DNA of 64,000 nucleotides. Source: Nitrospirales bacterium. Its GTDB lineage: Bacteria > Nitrospirota > Nitrospiria > Nitrospirales > UBA8639. Where the stretch lies: the NCBI GenBank assembly GCA_965203295.1, contig CBDBCZ010000019.1, positions 2,432,001-2,496,000 of the forward strand, given 5' to 3'. The notes beneath the pieces were generated by a model, which was not told the DNA's origin, did not search any database, and saw nothing but the letters and a program-made list of their open reading frames with translations. The translations under genes were made by a program, and so were the position numbers. Below, piece after piece: positions 20,472 through 31,936 of the stretch (its first letter is position 1; each line of letters begins with the position of its first letter).

Positions 20472-23400
20472 TCAAGAAGTCGTGAGGCGTTGATACATCC
20501 TCGGCAAATGTTCAGGCAAGGCACTGACGTCATCAATGATGACAAATCCTACCTCCCCATACATTCGGTATAAATAGTCCCTCGCATCCAGATCCACCGT
20601 GACACAATACGGGATCACGCCTGCCAATCGTGCCTCCCTCAGGGCCATCTTGGTATCTTCCAAGGCATACTCATCACCGTATTCATCATCTAACGGCCTC
20701 CCATCACTCATTAAGACCAGCAGACGATGGCGAGCCGGACATTCAAGCAGTTTCCTGGTTGTATGGCGAATAGCTGCCCCATCACGATTTTGATGCAAAG
20801 GCTTGACGGTTTCAATCCTCTGCCCTACTCGATAACGGAGCGTCTCACCAAAATCTTTCAGGATAATGAAGTCTACTTGTTGACGTCCCTGTCCAGAAAA
20901 TCCGTAAAGGGCATATTGGTCCCCAATGGCTTCCATGGCTTCAGAGAGCAAGACCAGCCCTTCTTTCTCAACGTCAATCACTCTTCGCCCCCCAGACTCA
21001 ATCTGGCGACCTGTCGAACCACTCATATCAATCAGAAACGCTGAGGCGACCTGACGATCTCGTTTGTCACGACGAATGTAAATTCGGTCAGTCGGTTCAG
21101 TCCCGACTTTTCGTTCAGCCACTCGTCTGATAGCAGCATTCAGGTCTATATCATCCCCATCCTCCTGGCCCCACATTCGGCGCATACCAGTGGGTCGGAT
21201 ACTCTCAAAATACCGACGCAGCAATCGAACCCCAGGTGCATGCTTTTCCAAAGTCATTTGAGCAAAATCAGGACTTCCTTCCGCACCGAATCGTTCTTTG
21301 ATACAACACCAATGAGACCGGTAATCCCGAATACTGCCATCCCATTCTGCATACACAAACGATCGTGTTCCTCCATCCTCTGGATAACGAATGGTCGATT
21401 CATTCCGCTCTACCCGTAACCATTCCTCAATAACCGTTGGCGAGATGGACTCGGGAGGCGAAGTTCTTTCTATGGCGGACTCCTTAAGAACTTTCTCAGA
21501 GGCCCTATAGGAAGAGTCCCTATCCTTTTCGCCTCCACCCTTATTCTGTCCATCAAAGGGCTTAGCTGCTGATGGGCCTTCAGCTCCTAAAATTTCTTCT
21601 CCACCCCCGACCTGTTCGAGATCCATGGTTCCTCGGTATGACCAATTCGTGATGGGCCGATAGTCACCGGAAACTTCTGCCGCACGTGGTCCTGGGCTCA
21701 CTTCTTCCCTTTCTGGAGAGGAGTTCTGTGAGAGATCATCCTGTTCAGTCACCTGAACCTTTGCAATCATCTGATCCAATAGCTGATAAAGACGATCTGC
21801 CAAACGAACCGAGTCTTCGGCGGAAACCTCTTGATGCAGGATGGTTTGAGCGTCAGCCCAAACCCGATCACTGATAGGTTGCAGATCTTGAGGGATCACG
21901 ACTGATCCCGGACTGTCCTGGTCTGCGGTAAACCGAAGAAGGAGCGAGTCAATTACCATCTCACGAACTGTCATCCCATGGAGGAAGGAATGTGTAGAAA
22001 TGGATTCTCTGGCCAAGGCCGCCAAATCATGCCGAAGTCCGGGATATTCGGTTTGCAGCCGGTATTCCACACGGGCATCTTCCAGAATAGTCCACAGATC
22101 CTGAATCACTCCCTTTTGAGGGTACAAGGCAAACAGATCTGCCAATGTCGATGGAGAAAAATTGCTTTGTTCTTCGGCGAATCTGGAATAGCGAGTTCCA
22201 ACTTCCATCGCCAAATCATCAAGAGAGTTCAGATCAAGCCGATAGGTGCCAAATTCCCAGTGCCCCATCTCATGAGCCGTCATGACGGTAAAAACACGAA
22301 GATTCGCGTCTCGAGTGGGAAAGGTATTCACCAAGGAAGGCAACCGCAAGGTTTTTCCGTCATGACTGACTATTGGTCTTTTCCCAATGTTTTGGCCATC
22401 CAGGGTATTGGGATGACCATCTTGACCTTGATTGATTTTTCCGGAATCAGGAAGAGATGCTACCGTCACCTTTTCACCAGATAGCATCTCCGCTAGCATC
22501 GAAAGCGATCGTGCGACCTGTCGCAGCGCCACCCCATTCATGGCCTGTTCAACAGCAGCCAAGGCTTTACCTGTTTCCATCGAAAAGTAGGCTTGTGCTC
22601 CCTCGGGGCTATACTCCAAAATTTCCATTCCTCCCTGAAACCAAGTTTCGAAAGCCTCATGACCGCTATCAGGAGAGCCCACGAGGCTCAAAATGTTTGG
22701 GCACTGTCGGAAAAACGCTAGGGCTCCTTCTGCACTTCGGTCAGCTAATAATCCACCGTACTGCGCCATTTTGAGCTTCCGTTCCGAATCGGGAACGGAA
22801 TGAAAGAGCCTGGGAGCTTCAGCTAAGAATGTTAAACCTATCTCTGGCGAGCGATCAGCCAAGGTGGATCCAACATTCACAACAAGCGGTCGTAAACGTT
22901 CGTCCGGCAATTCAGCGAGGAGCACAGGACTATTTCGGAAAAATTCTAAGGTCCCTAAATAATCAGGTTTCCCTAAATGATTGACGGTGATCAGTTTCAT
23001 GCCAAAGTTTATCCAAGCACGCACAAGGTCCTGTGAAAGCACCTCGGCAATCTTGGGAATTTCACGGAAGAGCTCAATCCCTAAGACGGAATTCCATTCG
23101 GTCAGTTCTAAGCCGATATCCGCCCATCCACTAAGGTCCTCCGGTGACGTCACCAAGAGGAGTTCTGGAGCTTTATGAAAAAATTCAAACGCACAATTGG
23201 CTGCATACTCAGAATGAGCGTCAGCCAACTCCAAGGCAACGGTCAAGACTTCTCGACGATCGGAAGAGCTATCCAATATCCCCAAGATCACTGGACTTTG
23301 CTGTAAGTATTTCAAGGTCGTGGCTCCGGAATGCCCCGCCAAACTTACGGTCAGATCTAGCCATTGGAGGATAATTTCAGACCCACACCGGTGATGAACC

Positions 23401-23588
23401 TCCGGCAAAGCCTGAACGGTTTTTTCCATTAACTTGGGAGAAGAACTCTGAAGTTCCACAAGAAGGTCAAGGACCCTCACCAGATCTCCTGCCTGAGCTA
23501 AACTTTTGGCAATAGCCGAAGCCGAAGAGGAGTCGACCTGACCCTGAAGAATTCGCAAGAATTGTTCTTCACCAGTGGACACAAACAA
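20472..23588 (-). CDS. NorD/CbbO-like VWA-domain protein with long helical N-terminus
   Basis: HEMGH, EDARVE, YAEWD, MIDAS DMSGS, RDGAAIRH, SDGRPLD. Confidence 0.82.
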   Translation of the reverse strand: MFVSTGEEQFLRILQGQVDSSSASAIAKSLAQAGDLVRVLDLLVELQSSSPKLMEKTVQALPEVHHRCGSEIILQWLDLTVSLAGHSGATTLKYLQQSPVILGILDSSSDRREVLTVALELADAHSEYAANCAFEFFHKAPELLLVTSPEDLSGWADIGLELTEWNSVLGIELFREIPKIAEVLSQDLVRAWINFGMKLITVNHLGKPDYLGTLEFFRNSPVLLAELPDERLRPLVVNVGSTLADRSPEIGLTFLAEAPRLFHSVPDSERKLKMAQYGGLLADRSAEGALAFFRQCPNILSLVGSPDSGHEAFETWFQGGMEILEYSPEGAQAYFSMETGKALAAVEQAMNGVALRQVARSLSMLAEMLSGEKVTVASLPDSGKINQGQDGHPNTLDGQNIGKRPIVSHDGKTLRLPSLVNTFPTRDANLRVFTVMTAHEMGHWEFGTYRLDLNSLDDLAMEVGTRYSRFAEEQSNFSPSTLADLFALYPQKGVIQDLWTILEDARVEYRLQTEYPGLRHDLAALARESISTHSFLHGMTVREMVIDSLLLRFTADQDSPGSVVIPQDLQPISDRVWADAQTILHQEVSAEDSVRLADRLYQLLDQMIAKVQVTEQDDLSQNSSPEREEVSPGPRAAEVSGDYRPITNWSYRGTMDLEQVGGGEEILGAEGPSAAKPFDGQNKGGGEKDRDSSYRASEKVLKESAIERTSPPESISPTVIEEWLRVERNESTIRYPEDGGTRSFVYAEWDGSIRDYRSHWCCIKERFGAEGSPDFAQMTLEKHAPGVRLLRRYFESIRPTGMRRMWGQEDGDDIDLNAAIRRVAERKVGTEPTDRIYIRRDKRDRQVASAFLIDMSGSTGRQIESGGRRVIDVEKEGLVLLSEAMEAIGDQYALYGFSGQGRQQVDFIILKDFGETLRYRVGQRIETVKPLHQNRDGAAIRHTTRKLLECPARHRLLVLMSDGRPLDDEYGDEYALEDTKMALREARLAGVIPYCVTVDLDARDYLYRMYGEVGFVIIDDVSALPEHLPRMYQRLTTS

Positions 23589-23768
23589 TATCCAGTGTAT
23601 TTAGTAAGGAAGGCGAATTATAGAAGGGCCTCATAGACTATGTAAACTGAGCTTCTTATCATCAAATCTTTTCACACTGCATGGCCAAGTTAGAACAACT
23701 TCTTCTTCATAGACTTCACAAGAAGAGTGTGTAGGAAAATCTTCAGAAAATAATCGCTGGCTGGTTTG

Positions 23769-24071
23769 TCAAGGTTCCGTTTCTGAAAGAATTTTTTGAA
23801 CTTGGCTCGCAGTGATTACTTTCAACAGAACCCGTTTTTTTCTTGCCTCGTGACCGGAACAGACTGAAACGGAATGTTTCGGCAAGGAAAAGAGTTCAGC
23901 AAGAAACCGGCACAGAGCTTGATTGGCAGCTCCATCTACTAGAGGAGCCGAAATCCGAAACTTTAAGGCCTCACCATGAGGACCAACATATTCCGTCTTT
24001 GCGGCCCTCGGCTGAACAATAATCGTGAGCAGTGCTCCCTCAGATGTTTGTGTGATCATTTCATAATTCAA
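23769..24071 (-). CDS. yggU: DUF167/YggU family protein
   Basis: VQPRAAK...ISAPLVDGAANQAL...SGHEARKK. Confidence 0.85.
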   Translation of the reverse strand: MNYEMITQTSEGALLTIIVQPRAAKTEYVGPHGEALKFRISAPLVDGAANQALCRFLAELFSLPKHSVSVCSGHEARKKRVLLKVITASQVQKILSETEP

Positions 24072-24152
24072 TTTAATATCAATATCTTATGAAGTTTATA
24101 GCCGGCTGATTTTAGCACGTATCAATATCCAAATTTACCTAGATTTGCGGGC

Positions 24153-24205
24153 TTGACAGCACACGGCAAAGAGAATAAAATGACTTTAAATGAAAATGGA
24201 TATCA
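24153..24205 (+). promoter_or_regulatory. Sigma70 promoter followed by a Fur-box-like site upstream of bfd
   Basis: TTGACA(24153)-17 bp-TAAAAT(24176-24181); TGAAAAT-G-GATATCA at 24191-24205 versus Fur core TGATAAT-N-ATTATCA. Confidence 0.6.
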
Positions 24206-24245
24206 AAATCACATTCGATTAAAAAGGATACTCAAAATAAACATT

Positions 24246-24449
24246 ATGTACGTGTGCGTTTGCAAAGGAATTACCGAGTCTCATGTGAGAAACTGCGGCC
24301 AAAGAGGGGTAACATGCCCGATGGCTTTGGCTTCAACTTTAGGTATCGATGACAAAGGTAATTGTTGCGGACGCTGCCTCAAGAATATCTCTGCACTTGT
24401 TTCCCTAGCCAAGGGCGAAAGCACTCATTGCGCTTCTGTAAGGGTCTAA
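24246..24449 (+). CDS. bfd: Bacterioferritin-associated ferredoxin-like (2Fe-2S) protein
   Basis: MYVCVCKGIT...CCGRC. Confidence 0.8.
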   Translation: MYVCVCKGITESHVRNCGQRGVTCPMALASTLGIDDKGNCCGRCLKNISALVSLAKGESTHCASVRV

Positions 24450-24663
24450 CCTAACCTGCTCAAACTCCTTGCCGTTCCTGAATCCCTCCGATTCTTATAC
24501 CTTCCTTAAGACCCCACTATGTAAAGAGCACTCTGGTATATGTCCGACGTCATTTCTCCTGCACCCTCTCAATTCGTTATCCGAACGTTGCTTCCAACCA
24601 CAAGGCAACTGTTCGCCACGAGCGCGAGTTTTTTGTATCAGGTTGTACTCATAAGGAAGAATC

Positions 24664-26607
24664 ATGGGTAAACCCACTCAAGCCCCATTTGGTTCATGGA
24701 AATCTCCATTGACCTCATCATTGATTGTTTCGGAGACACTGCAGTTGAGCCAGATTCATCTTGATGGGGAAACTCTCTATTGGATAGAAAATCGCCCCCT
24801 GGAAGGAGGGCGAAACGTTATTGTCCAACTTTCTCAAACAGGAGAACCGATTTCTCTGACCCCCACTCCCTTTAATGTCCGATCCCGGGTTCACGAGTAC
24901 GGAGGAGGAGCCTATCTGGTTGACAATGGAGTCATTTACTTCTCAAATTTCTCCGATCAACGTCTCTATCGTCACAAGGCGGACTCAAAACCACAGGCCT
25001 TAACACCAGAAGGTCAATTCTATTACGCCGATGGGGTCATAGACTCACAACATAATAGGATAATTTGTATTCGTGAAGATCATTCTGATTCTTCCCGAGA
25101 ACCAGTCAATTCCTTTATAAGCATTTCTCTGGAAAACCCAATACAAGAAAACGCTGGGCAGATTTTGGCATCCGGTTGTGATTTCTACTCCTCTCCTAAA
25201 ATCAGCCCTGACAGCCGACAATTAGCTTGGGTGTCTTGGAATCATCCCAATATGCCTTGGGATGGAACTCAATTATGGAAAGCCAATATCGAACTCGATG
25301 GAACATTGGGAAAACCTGAATGCATGGCTGGTGGTCCCCAGGAATCAATTTTTCAACCCGAATGGTCACCTGACGGAACTCTTTTCTTTATCTCTGATCG
25401 AACCGGCTGGTGGAACCTCTACCGGATTCGAAATGGCGTGAGCGAGGCCCTTTGTCCCATGGAAGCTGAATTTGGCAAGCCACAATGGTCCTTGGGGCTG
25501 ACAACCTATACCTTTGAATCCGCTCGCACCATCCTCTGTACGTATACGAAAAATGGAATCTGGTTTTTGTGTCGGCTCGACATAGAATGTCGTACTCTAG
25601 AGACATTTCCCCTACCCTATACAGAAATCGGAGGACCAGTCTATCTCAATGGTTCGACTATTTGCACCGCGAGTTCCCCTTCCGAGCCCAATGTGATCAT
25701 TCAAATTGACCTAGCTTCTTATGACATTCACATTCTCAGGCGGTCCATTAATTTCTCTGTCGAGCCTCACTATCTCTCGATACCCCAAGAAATTGAATTT
25801 CCCACAGAACGCGGGCAGACGGCACATGCGTTTTTCTACAAACCACAAAATGGGGACTTTTCCCCACCTTCCGGCGTGAAAGCACCCCTATTAGTCAAAA
25901 GTCATGGCGGCCCGACCGGTTCAGCTTCTACGGCTTTTAACCTCATGATCCAATATTGGATGAGTCGAGGCTTTGCCGTTTTAGATGTCAATTACGGTGG
26001 AAGCACCGGATATGGCCAAGCTTACCGGGAACGACTAAACGGGCAATGGGGAATTGTTGATGTGGACGACTGTGTGAATGGCGTACGGTATGTGATTAAG
26101 CAGGGGTGGGTCGATGATCAAAAGCTCACGATCACTGGTGGAAGTGCCGGAGGCTATACGACACTCAGTGCTCTCACCTTTCGTGACTGCTTTACAGCTG
26201 GTTCAAGTTATTACGGGGTCTCAGATTTACAAGCCCTGGTAAGAGATACGCATAAATTCGAATCCCGGTACCTTGATCGATTGATCGGCCCACTCCCCGA
26301 AAAGCAACAATTGTACAAGGAACGTTCTCCGATTAACTTTACTCACCAGCTCTCATGTCCGTTGATCTTTTTTCAAGGCCTAGAGGACAAGGTGGTTCCG
26401 CCTAATCAGGCTCAAATGATGTTTAATGCCGTCAAAGCAAAAGGACTTCCTGTGGCTTACCTAGCTTTTGAAGGAGAACAGCATGGGTTTCGGCAAGCCC
26501 CCAATATCAAAAAGGTTTTGGACAGCGAACTCTATTTTTATTCAAAGATATTTGGGTTTGAGCCTGCGGACCCCGTTGAGCCTGTTACGATCGAAAATTT
26601 GCCGTAA
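24664..26607 (+). CDS. S9 family peptidase (dipeptidyl aminopeptidase/acylaminoacyl peptidase-like)
   Basis: APFGSWKSP, HGGPT, GGSAGG, QGLEDKVVP, EQHGF. Confidence 0.92.
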   Translation: MGKPTQAPFGSWKSPLTSSLIVSETLQLSQIHLDGETLYWIENRPLEGGRNVIVQLSQTGEPISLTPTPFNVRSRVHEYGGGAYLVDNGVIYFSNFSDQRLYRHKADSKPQALTPEGQFYYADGVIDSQHNRIICIREDHSDSSREPVNSFISISLENPIQENAGQILASGCDFYSSPKISPDSRQLAWVSWNHPNMPWDGTQLWKANIELDGTLGKPECMAGGPQESIFQPEWSPDGTLFFISDRTGWWNLYRIRNGVSEALCPMEAEFGKPQWSLGLTTYTFESARTILCTYTKNGIWFLCRLDIECRTLETFPLPYTEIGGPVYLNGSTICTASSPSEPNVIIQIDLASYDIHILRRSINFSVEPHYLSIPQEIEFPTERGQTAHAFFYKPQNGDFSPPSGVKAPLLVKSHGGPTGSASTAFNLMIQYWMSRGFAVLDVNYGGSTGYGQAYRERLNGQWGIVDVDDCVNGVRYVIKQGWVDDQKLTITGGSAGGYTTLSALTFRDCFTAGSSYYGVSDLQALVRDTHKFESRYLDRLIGPLPEKQQLYKERSPINFTHQLSCPLIFFQGLEDKVVPPNQAQMMFNAVKAKGLPVAYLAFEGEQHGFRQAPNIKKVLDSELYFYSKIFGFEPADPVEPVTIENLP

Positions 26608-26640
26608 AGTTTTATGCATCGCCGTAAAGTTTTATGCATC
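26601..26640 (+). repeat. 20-bp perfect tandem duplication spanning the S9 peptidase stop codon
   Basis: GCCGTAAAGTTTTATGCATC x2. Confidence 0.9.
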
Positions 26641-27041
26641 AATGACTTTTTCAATTAGTAACCTAGGCATATATACTTGAATTTTTCATTCCCGCGATTT
26701 ATCCCTAATCCCAACCCGACCACTATCTCTACTAGTGACATTTTGCATGAAGATATGTTAACTTATGAAGTTCTGTGCAACAATAGTCCGAAAGTTCACT
26801 TTCAGTCAGCCCAATCTTAAGGATGAAGTTTTGTTCAAGAATTATGATGGGAAATGAGACATAAATTACTGCAGTTTCGAACCCTCGGCTAAGTCTTCTG
26901 CCGTCTCATCCTTTCTGTTTTCTTGAGTGTAAAGCAATAGCTACATTGCTCTCAAATTAGAGGCTTACGACATAAGTACACCGTAAGCGATCTGGTTGCC
27001 CGGATTTCAACCAATCCGGATCTACTGATAAGGAGTCCATA

Positions 27042-28646
27042 ATGTCCAAAAATTCGACGCAAGCCATTCAGGAAGTTGGGGATTCAGATACTCCCGCTGA
27101 GGAGGCACAGGGGATTGACCTCACTCCTGGGGAACCTGTCCGTTCTGATGACCCTGTCCGGGTCTACATGAAAGACATGGGGCGGGTCCCTTTACTAAAC
27201 CGAGAAGAAGAAATCGGGTTGGCCAAACAGATTGAAGAGGGAAAAAAGGAATTAGCCTCCGTGGTCTTCAGCATGCCCATGACCCTCAACTCCCTGAACT
27301 CCCTTCGTGATCAGTTGAAGAAAGGGGAGTTGGAGGTTCGTCATATCCTGGCTATGCCAGAAGATTCGGACGACGAAGAAACTTCCGAGATCGCGCCAAG
27401 CCCCGAGGACGACGAAGAACTCCGTTTGCGAACGCTACGGGAACTCGACCTGATCCGCTCATCATCTAAAGCGTATTTGGCATGGCGGCAAGGAGGTGGA
27501 TCTCAAGGGAAATCCCCATCCTTTGAAAAACGGTCCCGCCTGATGCGGCAAAAGTTGATTGAAAAGATCGAGGCCCTCAACTTACAACCCAATATTCAAC
27601 AGAAATTTCTTGCCCACATCAAAGAAGTGGGAAAAGAAATCGGCAAGGCTGAAGCGCTCATCACGGAGTGTTGCCGAAAAATTCTGGTTGTAAGAGAGGA
27701 TGGCAACACAACCTTTAAGAAAATGGCGAAGAATCGATCCACCTTTGTCTCGATTAAACGCAAAACGGGGTTATCGGAAGAGGCCCTCCTAAAAATTCAG
27801 GCTGTCTTCCAAAATTCCGTGATCAAAGTCAAAACCATTCAGAAAGAGACCACGTTAATCTCTTCTGCAGAGTTACGAGAAACCCTCCTCATTTTGGGAC
27901 GGGCTGAAGAAAAAATGAAAAGAGGGAAAGCCGATCTGATTGAGGCAAATTTGCGTCTCGTGGTCAGTATTGCCAAAAAATATATGAACCGCGGACTTCC
28001 GTTCATGGACCTCATTCAAGAAGGAAATATTGGCTTGATGCGAGCTGTGGACAAATTTGAGTATCAACGTGGATATAAATTTAGTACCTATGCTACCTGG
28101 TGGATTCGCCAAGGGATCACTCGGGCATTAGCGGATCAAGCACGAACTATCCGGATTCCTGTCCATATGATTGAAGCCAATGCAAAACTGACTCGTACAT
28201 CGCGTCATCTTGTTCAACAATTCGGACGAGAACCGACGCTTGTTGAAATTGCCGATCGGTTGGATCTTCCATTAGAAAAGGTTCGAAAACTTGTGGAAAT
28301 GACCAAAGGAACCATTTCTCTTGAAACACCTATCGGAGAAGACGAAGATAGCCATCTTGGTCTCTTTATTGAAGACAAAACGGCCGTGTCCCCCTTTGAT
28401 GCCATGAGCCGCGTTGACATCCAACGAAAAGTGGCGGGGGCCTTAGGAGTCCTCACTCCTCGTGAAGAAACGATCATTCGGAAACGATTCGGGATTGGAG
28501 ACGACCAGGATCACACTCTAGAAGAGGTCGGCCAAGACTTCGGTGTGACCCGAGAGCGAATCAGACAGCTTGAAGCCAAAGCGCTCGGGAAATTACGTCA
28601 GGCCAGCTCACGGGAACGCCTTCGAGTATTTGTGGAAAGCGTCTAA
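27042..28646 (+). CDS. RpoD-like sigma70 factor apparently lacking region 1.1
   Basis: [43 protein letters not shown]...[14 protein letters not shown]. Confidence 0.9.
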   Translation: MSKNSTQAIQEVGDSDTPAEEAQGIDLTPGEPVRSDDPVRVYMKDMGRVPLLNREEEIGLAKQIEEGKKELASVVFSMPMTLNSLNSLRDQLKKGELEVRHILAMPEDSDDEETSEIAPSPEDDEELRLRTLRELDLIRSSSKAYLAWRQGGGSQGKSPSFEKRSRLMRQKLIEKIEALNLQPNIQQKFLAHIKEVGKEIGKAEALITECCRKILVVREDGNTTFKKMAKNRSTFVSIKRKTGLSEEALLKIQAVFQNSVIKVKTIQKETTLISSAELRETLLILGRAEEKMKRGKADLIEANLRLVVSIAKKYMNRGLPFMDLIQEGNIGLMRAVDKFEYQRGYKFSTYATWWIRQGITRALADQARTIRIPVHMIEANAKLTRTSRHLVQQFGREPTLVEIADRLDLPLEKVRKLVEMTKGTISLETPIGEDEDSHLGLFIEDKTAVSPFDAMSRVDIQRKVAGALGVLTPREETIIRKRFGIGDDQDHTLEEVGQDFGVTRERIRQLEAKALGKLRQASSRERLRVFVESV

Positions 28647-28683
28647 AAAGGTGCGCTAAGATCAGCGCAGTCTTTCGTATCAC

Positions 28684-28730
28684 CAAAAAAGGGATGAGGG
28701 TTGAAACCATCAATCCTCATCCCTTTTTTG
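28684..28730. terminator. Bidirectional intrinsic terminator
   Basis: CAAAAAAGGGATGAGG...CCTCATCCCTTTTTTG between convergent genes. Confidence 0.85.
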
Positions 28731-28791
28731 TTCTTTATCTTTTCGGATCGGTCTTTTCTTATCTCTCCCAATAAAGACTTTCCAGCACGAG

Positions 28792-29451
28792 CTACTTTGC
28801 CCGCTCAATCACCAAGGCTTTATCATTTTTTAACAGTGTGGCCTTGATTCGGTCACTGAATTGAAATTCCTCTGTGACTTTCGTCTTGGGAGTCCGCTCC
28901 ACACGAACTTCTCCTCGCTCACCGCGCAATACATAGAAATCTCCATCCACCATGAGGATTGATCCCTCCACGATGCGGGTATCAGGTTGAGAGGATTCGG
29001 CAGGCGCTGACACCGCTTCAGTCTTTTTTGTCGTTGGAGCCTTTGCGCTTTTGGCAGGTGGAGTTTCTGCCTCTTGACCCTCTGGTTCGGAAGGTAATGC
29101 CTTCTGGTGGATCGTCACTCCTGACACATCATCGGGCCCGGCTCGTTCAATCCGGAGCGCCTTGTTATTCATCAACATGAGCGCTTTGATCCGATCACCA
29201 TATTCAAACTCCTCTGTGATGTCAGTTTGGTAGGTTGCTTCAATCTGAATTTCCCCATGTTCTCCGCGCACAATATAAAAATCTCGATCGACGTCCAATA
29301 AATCTCCAACGACGGTTTTCGTGGGTTGTTGGCTTGATTCCGCGAACACTTCGTTCGAGAAGGGATACCAACTCTTCTCAGATATGCCTCCAACAAATCC
29401 TCCAATGATGAATAACGCACAAATGACAATGAACCGGAATGCGTATTTCAT
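28792..29451 (-). CDS. Exported protein with two similar beta-rich domains
   Basis: Signal/TM segment; repeats VVGDLLDVDRDFYIVRGEHGE and VEGSILMVDGDFYVLRGERGE joined by a Pro/Ala/Lys linker. Confidence 0.75.
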   Translation of the reverse strand: MKYAFRFIVICALFIIGGFVGGISEKSWYPFSNEVFAESSQQPTKTVVGDLLDVDRDFYIVRGEHGEIQIEATYQTDITEEFEYGDRIKALMLMNNKALRIERAGPDDVSGVTIHQKALPSEPEGQEAETPPAKSAKAPTTKKTEAVSAPAESSQPDTRIVEGSILMVDGDFYVLRGERGEVRVERTPKTKVTEEFQFSDRIKATLLKNDKALVIERAK

Positions 29452-29519
29452 ACGTTAACCACCTCACATTAGGATTTCAATGCGCTAAAATCCCTTTCAG
29501 GCAAAAATGATGCCTTATG

Positions 29520-30309
29520 TCAAATCGTACCATACCCCTGCCATCTGAACCAGATACTACCCACCAACGGCAGGACTATCAAGAGTATGACACCATAATC
29601 ACGCTTGGTCATTCTGGACAAGGTATAAGGATGTCGAGAACGACTCGGAGCAAATCCCTTAGACTCTAAAGCCATAGCCAAAAGATTTGTTTGACGAAGC
29701 GTATGGCCAATCAACGGGACCACTAAGGGTGGATACCGTCGAATTTTTCCCCACACGGACTTAGAAGTTAAGTCCAGCCCCCGAGAACGCTGTGCTTGAA
29801 TGACTGTCTCGATCGACCCAAGAAGAGTGGGAACCCACCGAAAGGCCAGAGACAAGGCAAACCCTAGGGAAGAAGGAAGCCCCATTCGTTGCAGAGACCG
29901 AGCGAACTCTTCTATGGGTGTTGTAGATAAGAGAAGGACTCCATTCAGTAGCATCATACAGTAGCATCATATCCAACAGGAGTCCCATACCAATTCCATG
30001 GGCAACGCCTTCCACCGTAATCTCTTGATTGACCACTTTGAAAAGAGAAGTTTGTACCTCAACAAAAAACGGCCACAATGCCATGCTATACATACATAGT
30101 AATGCCAAAAAAACCCAAAGTTTCTTGACATTTTCCAATGCCCTGGCTGCGAGGATACCCCCAAACGCTAGTGCTGTCAGCCCTAAAAGATACCAAGGAT
30201 CAGAGAACAGAAGGGCTAAGCAGAAAAGTCCAAACAGACAGAGGACTTTGGTTCGTCCATCCAATTGATGAATCCATGTACGACGGTCAAGGTATAATGA
30301 GAGGTTCAT
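29520..30309 (-). pseudogene. ecfT: ECF transporter T component, frameshifted by a 13-bp duplication
   Basis: WIHQLDGRTK...AQRSRGLD...AMALESKGF; CAGTAGCATCATA x2 at 29946-29971. Confidence 0.85.
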
Positions 30310-31936
30310 CGAATCCTTAACGCACTCCTCACTTCTTCCACCGTTAACCACGTCTGCCCCCAGCGTTGACCGAAAAGGGTAATGGGGGGAATGTCCAACG
30401 AAGCTGACTGACTAACTCGGGATCGGCAAAAATACTACGCGTTGGCCCATGTGCCAAAATCTGCCCGTCTTTCAGCAAGACACACCGATGTGCATACTGG
30501 GCTGCCAGCCACATCGCATGTGTCACGATGAGAATCGTGTGGCCCTGTCGATTCAAATAACGAATCATGTTCATCATGCGATCAGTTTCTTGAGCATCTA
30601 AACCTGTTGTCGGTTCATCAAAGATAAGAATATTCAGTTTGGCGGCCAAGACTGATGCGACGGCCACACGCTGGCGCTCCCCTTTTGTCAGAGAAAAGGG
30701 ATCCAGGTGTTTCACATCCCTGTTTCCTAACCCGACAGCCCCAAGAGCCTCAGCGACACGTTGCTCACACTCTTCGGAAGAACAACCAACATTTTTTGAA
30801 CCAAAGGCCACTTCCTCCCACACCATCTCTGCAAAGATTTGGTGATCAGGATTTTGAAACACATACCCGACACGAAAGGCCAATTCGCTGATCGTCATAG
30901 TCCGCGCATCGTTCCTACACACAAAAACCTGACCACGCGTCGGACGCAATAGCCCGTTAAAGCACTTGGCCAACGTGCTTTTCCCTGACCCATTTTCCCC
31001 AAGAATGGCCACAATCTCCCTAGCATGAATGGTCAAGGAAACATTCTTGAGAGCCCGCACATCACCCGGGTACGTAAGAAACACCTGTTCAAGTTTCAAC
31101 ACTTCCTGAGTTTCTCCAACTTCATCAAATCGATTTTTTTCACCAGCCCCTGTAAATCCTTGTTCTTGGCACCATGACGATTGAAGCATCAACCCTCGTT
31201 CTTCAGTCACCATCCATGCTTCTTCAACTGTGACGGGTAAGCGGGACAGACCTAATCCTGTAAAACACTCGGCGATGGGAAGCGGCCGAATCTCTAACTG
31301 TTCAGGCAACGCGGGTTGCGAAAATAATTCCATGGGACTTCCCTGCCATTTGACCTGGCCTCGATCCAGAATACTGATCTGCTCAGTATCAAGAATCTCT
31401 TCAGGATCATGTTCAGCGAGCACCAATGTGAGGCCTTCTTTTTTGAGTTTGTCGACTACCTCCATCAATTGTCTTCGACCTTGTGGATCCAAGTCAGTTA
31501 AGGGTTGGTCCATGACCAGCAGACGGGGTTCCCGTATAAGGATGGAGGCAATCACGAGACGTTGACGCTGCCCACCTGATAAAGAAAGAGGATCTCGGCG
31601 GGCCAAACCCGAAAGTCCTACTCGATCTAATGCCTCCATAATTCTGTTACGCATTTCAGCAGGAGAAATCGCAGGGTTGAGATGCTCCAATGGAAATGAC
31701 AGCTCCATCTCAACATTCGTTGAAACAAGCTGAGTATCAAAATCCTGAAATACCAACCCCACAATCCCCGCTTGTTGCCAAACTGAGGTGTCTCTTGTGT
31801 CTCGTCCATTCACCGTCACGACCCCAGTAAGTTGTCCACCCAAGAATTGAGGAATCAACCCGTTGAGCATAAAACAGAGTGTGGATTTCCCAGATCCAGT
31901 CCCCCCCATGAGAACTTGCGATTCCCCTTGATTCAC
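30306..31936 (-). pseudogene. ECF transporter fused double ATPase (A-A'), N-terminally truncated, frameshifted near the 3' end
   Basis: Two Walker A motifs (GTGSGKST, GENGSGKST), LSGGQRQR, FQNPDHQIF; an alternative-frame tail ends in an ATGA overlap with ecfT. Confidence 0.75.
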
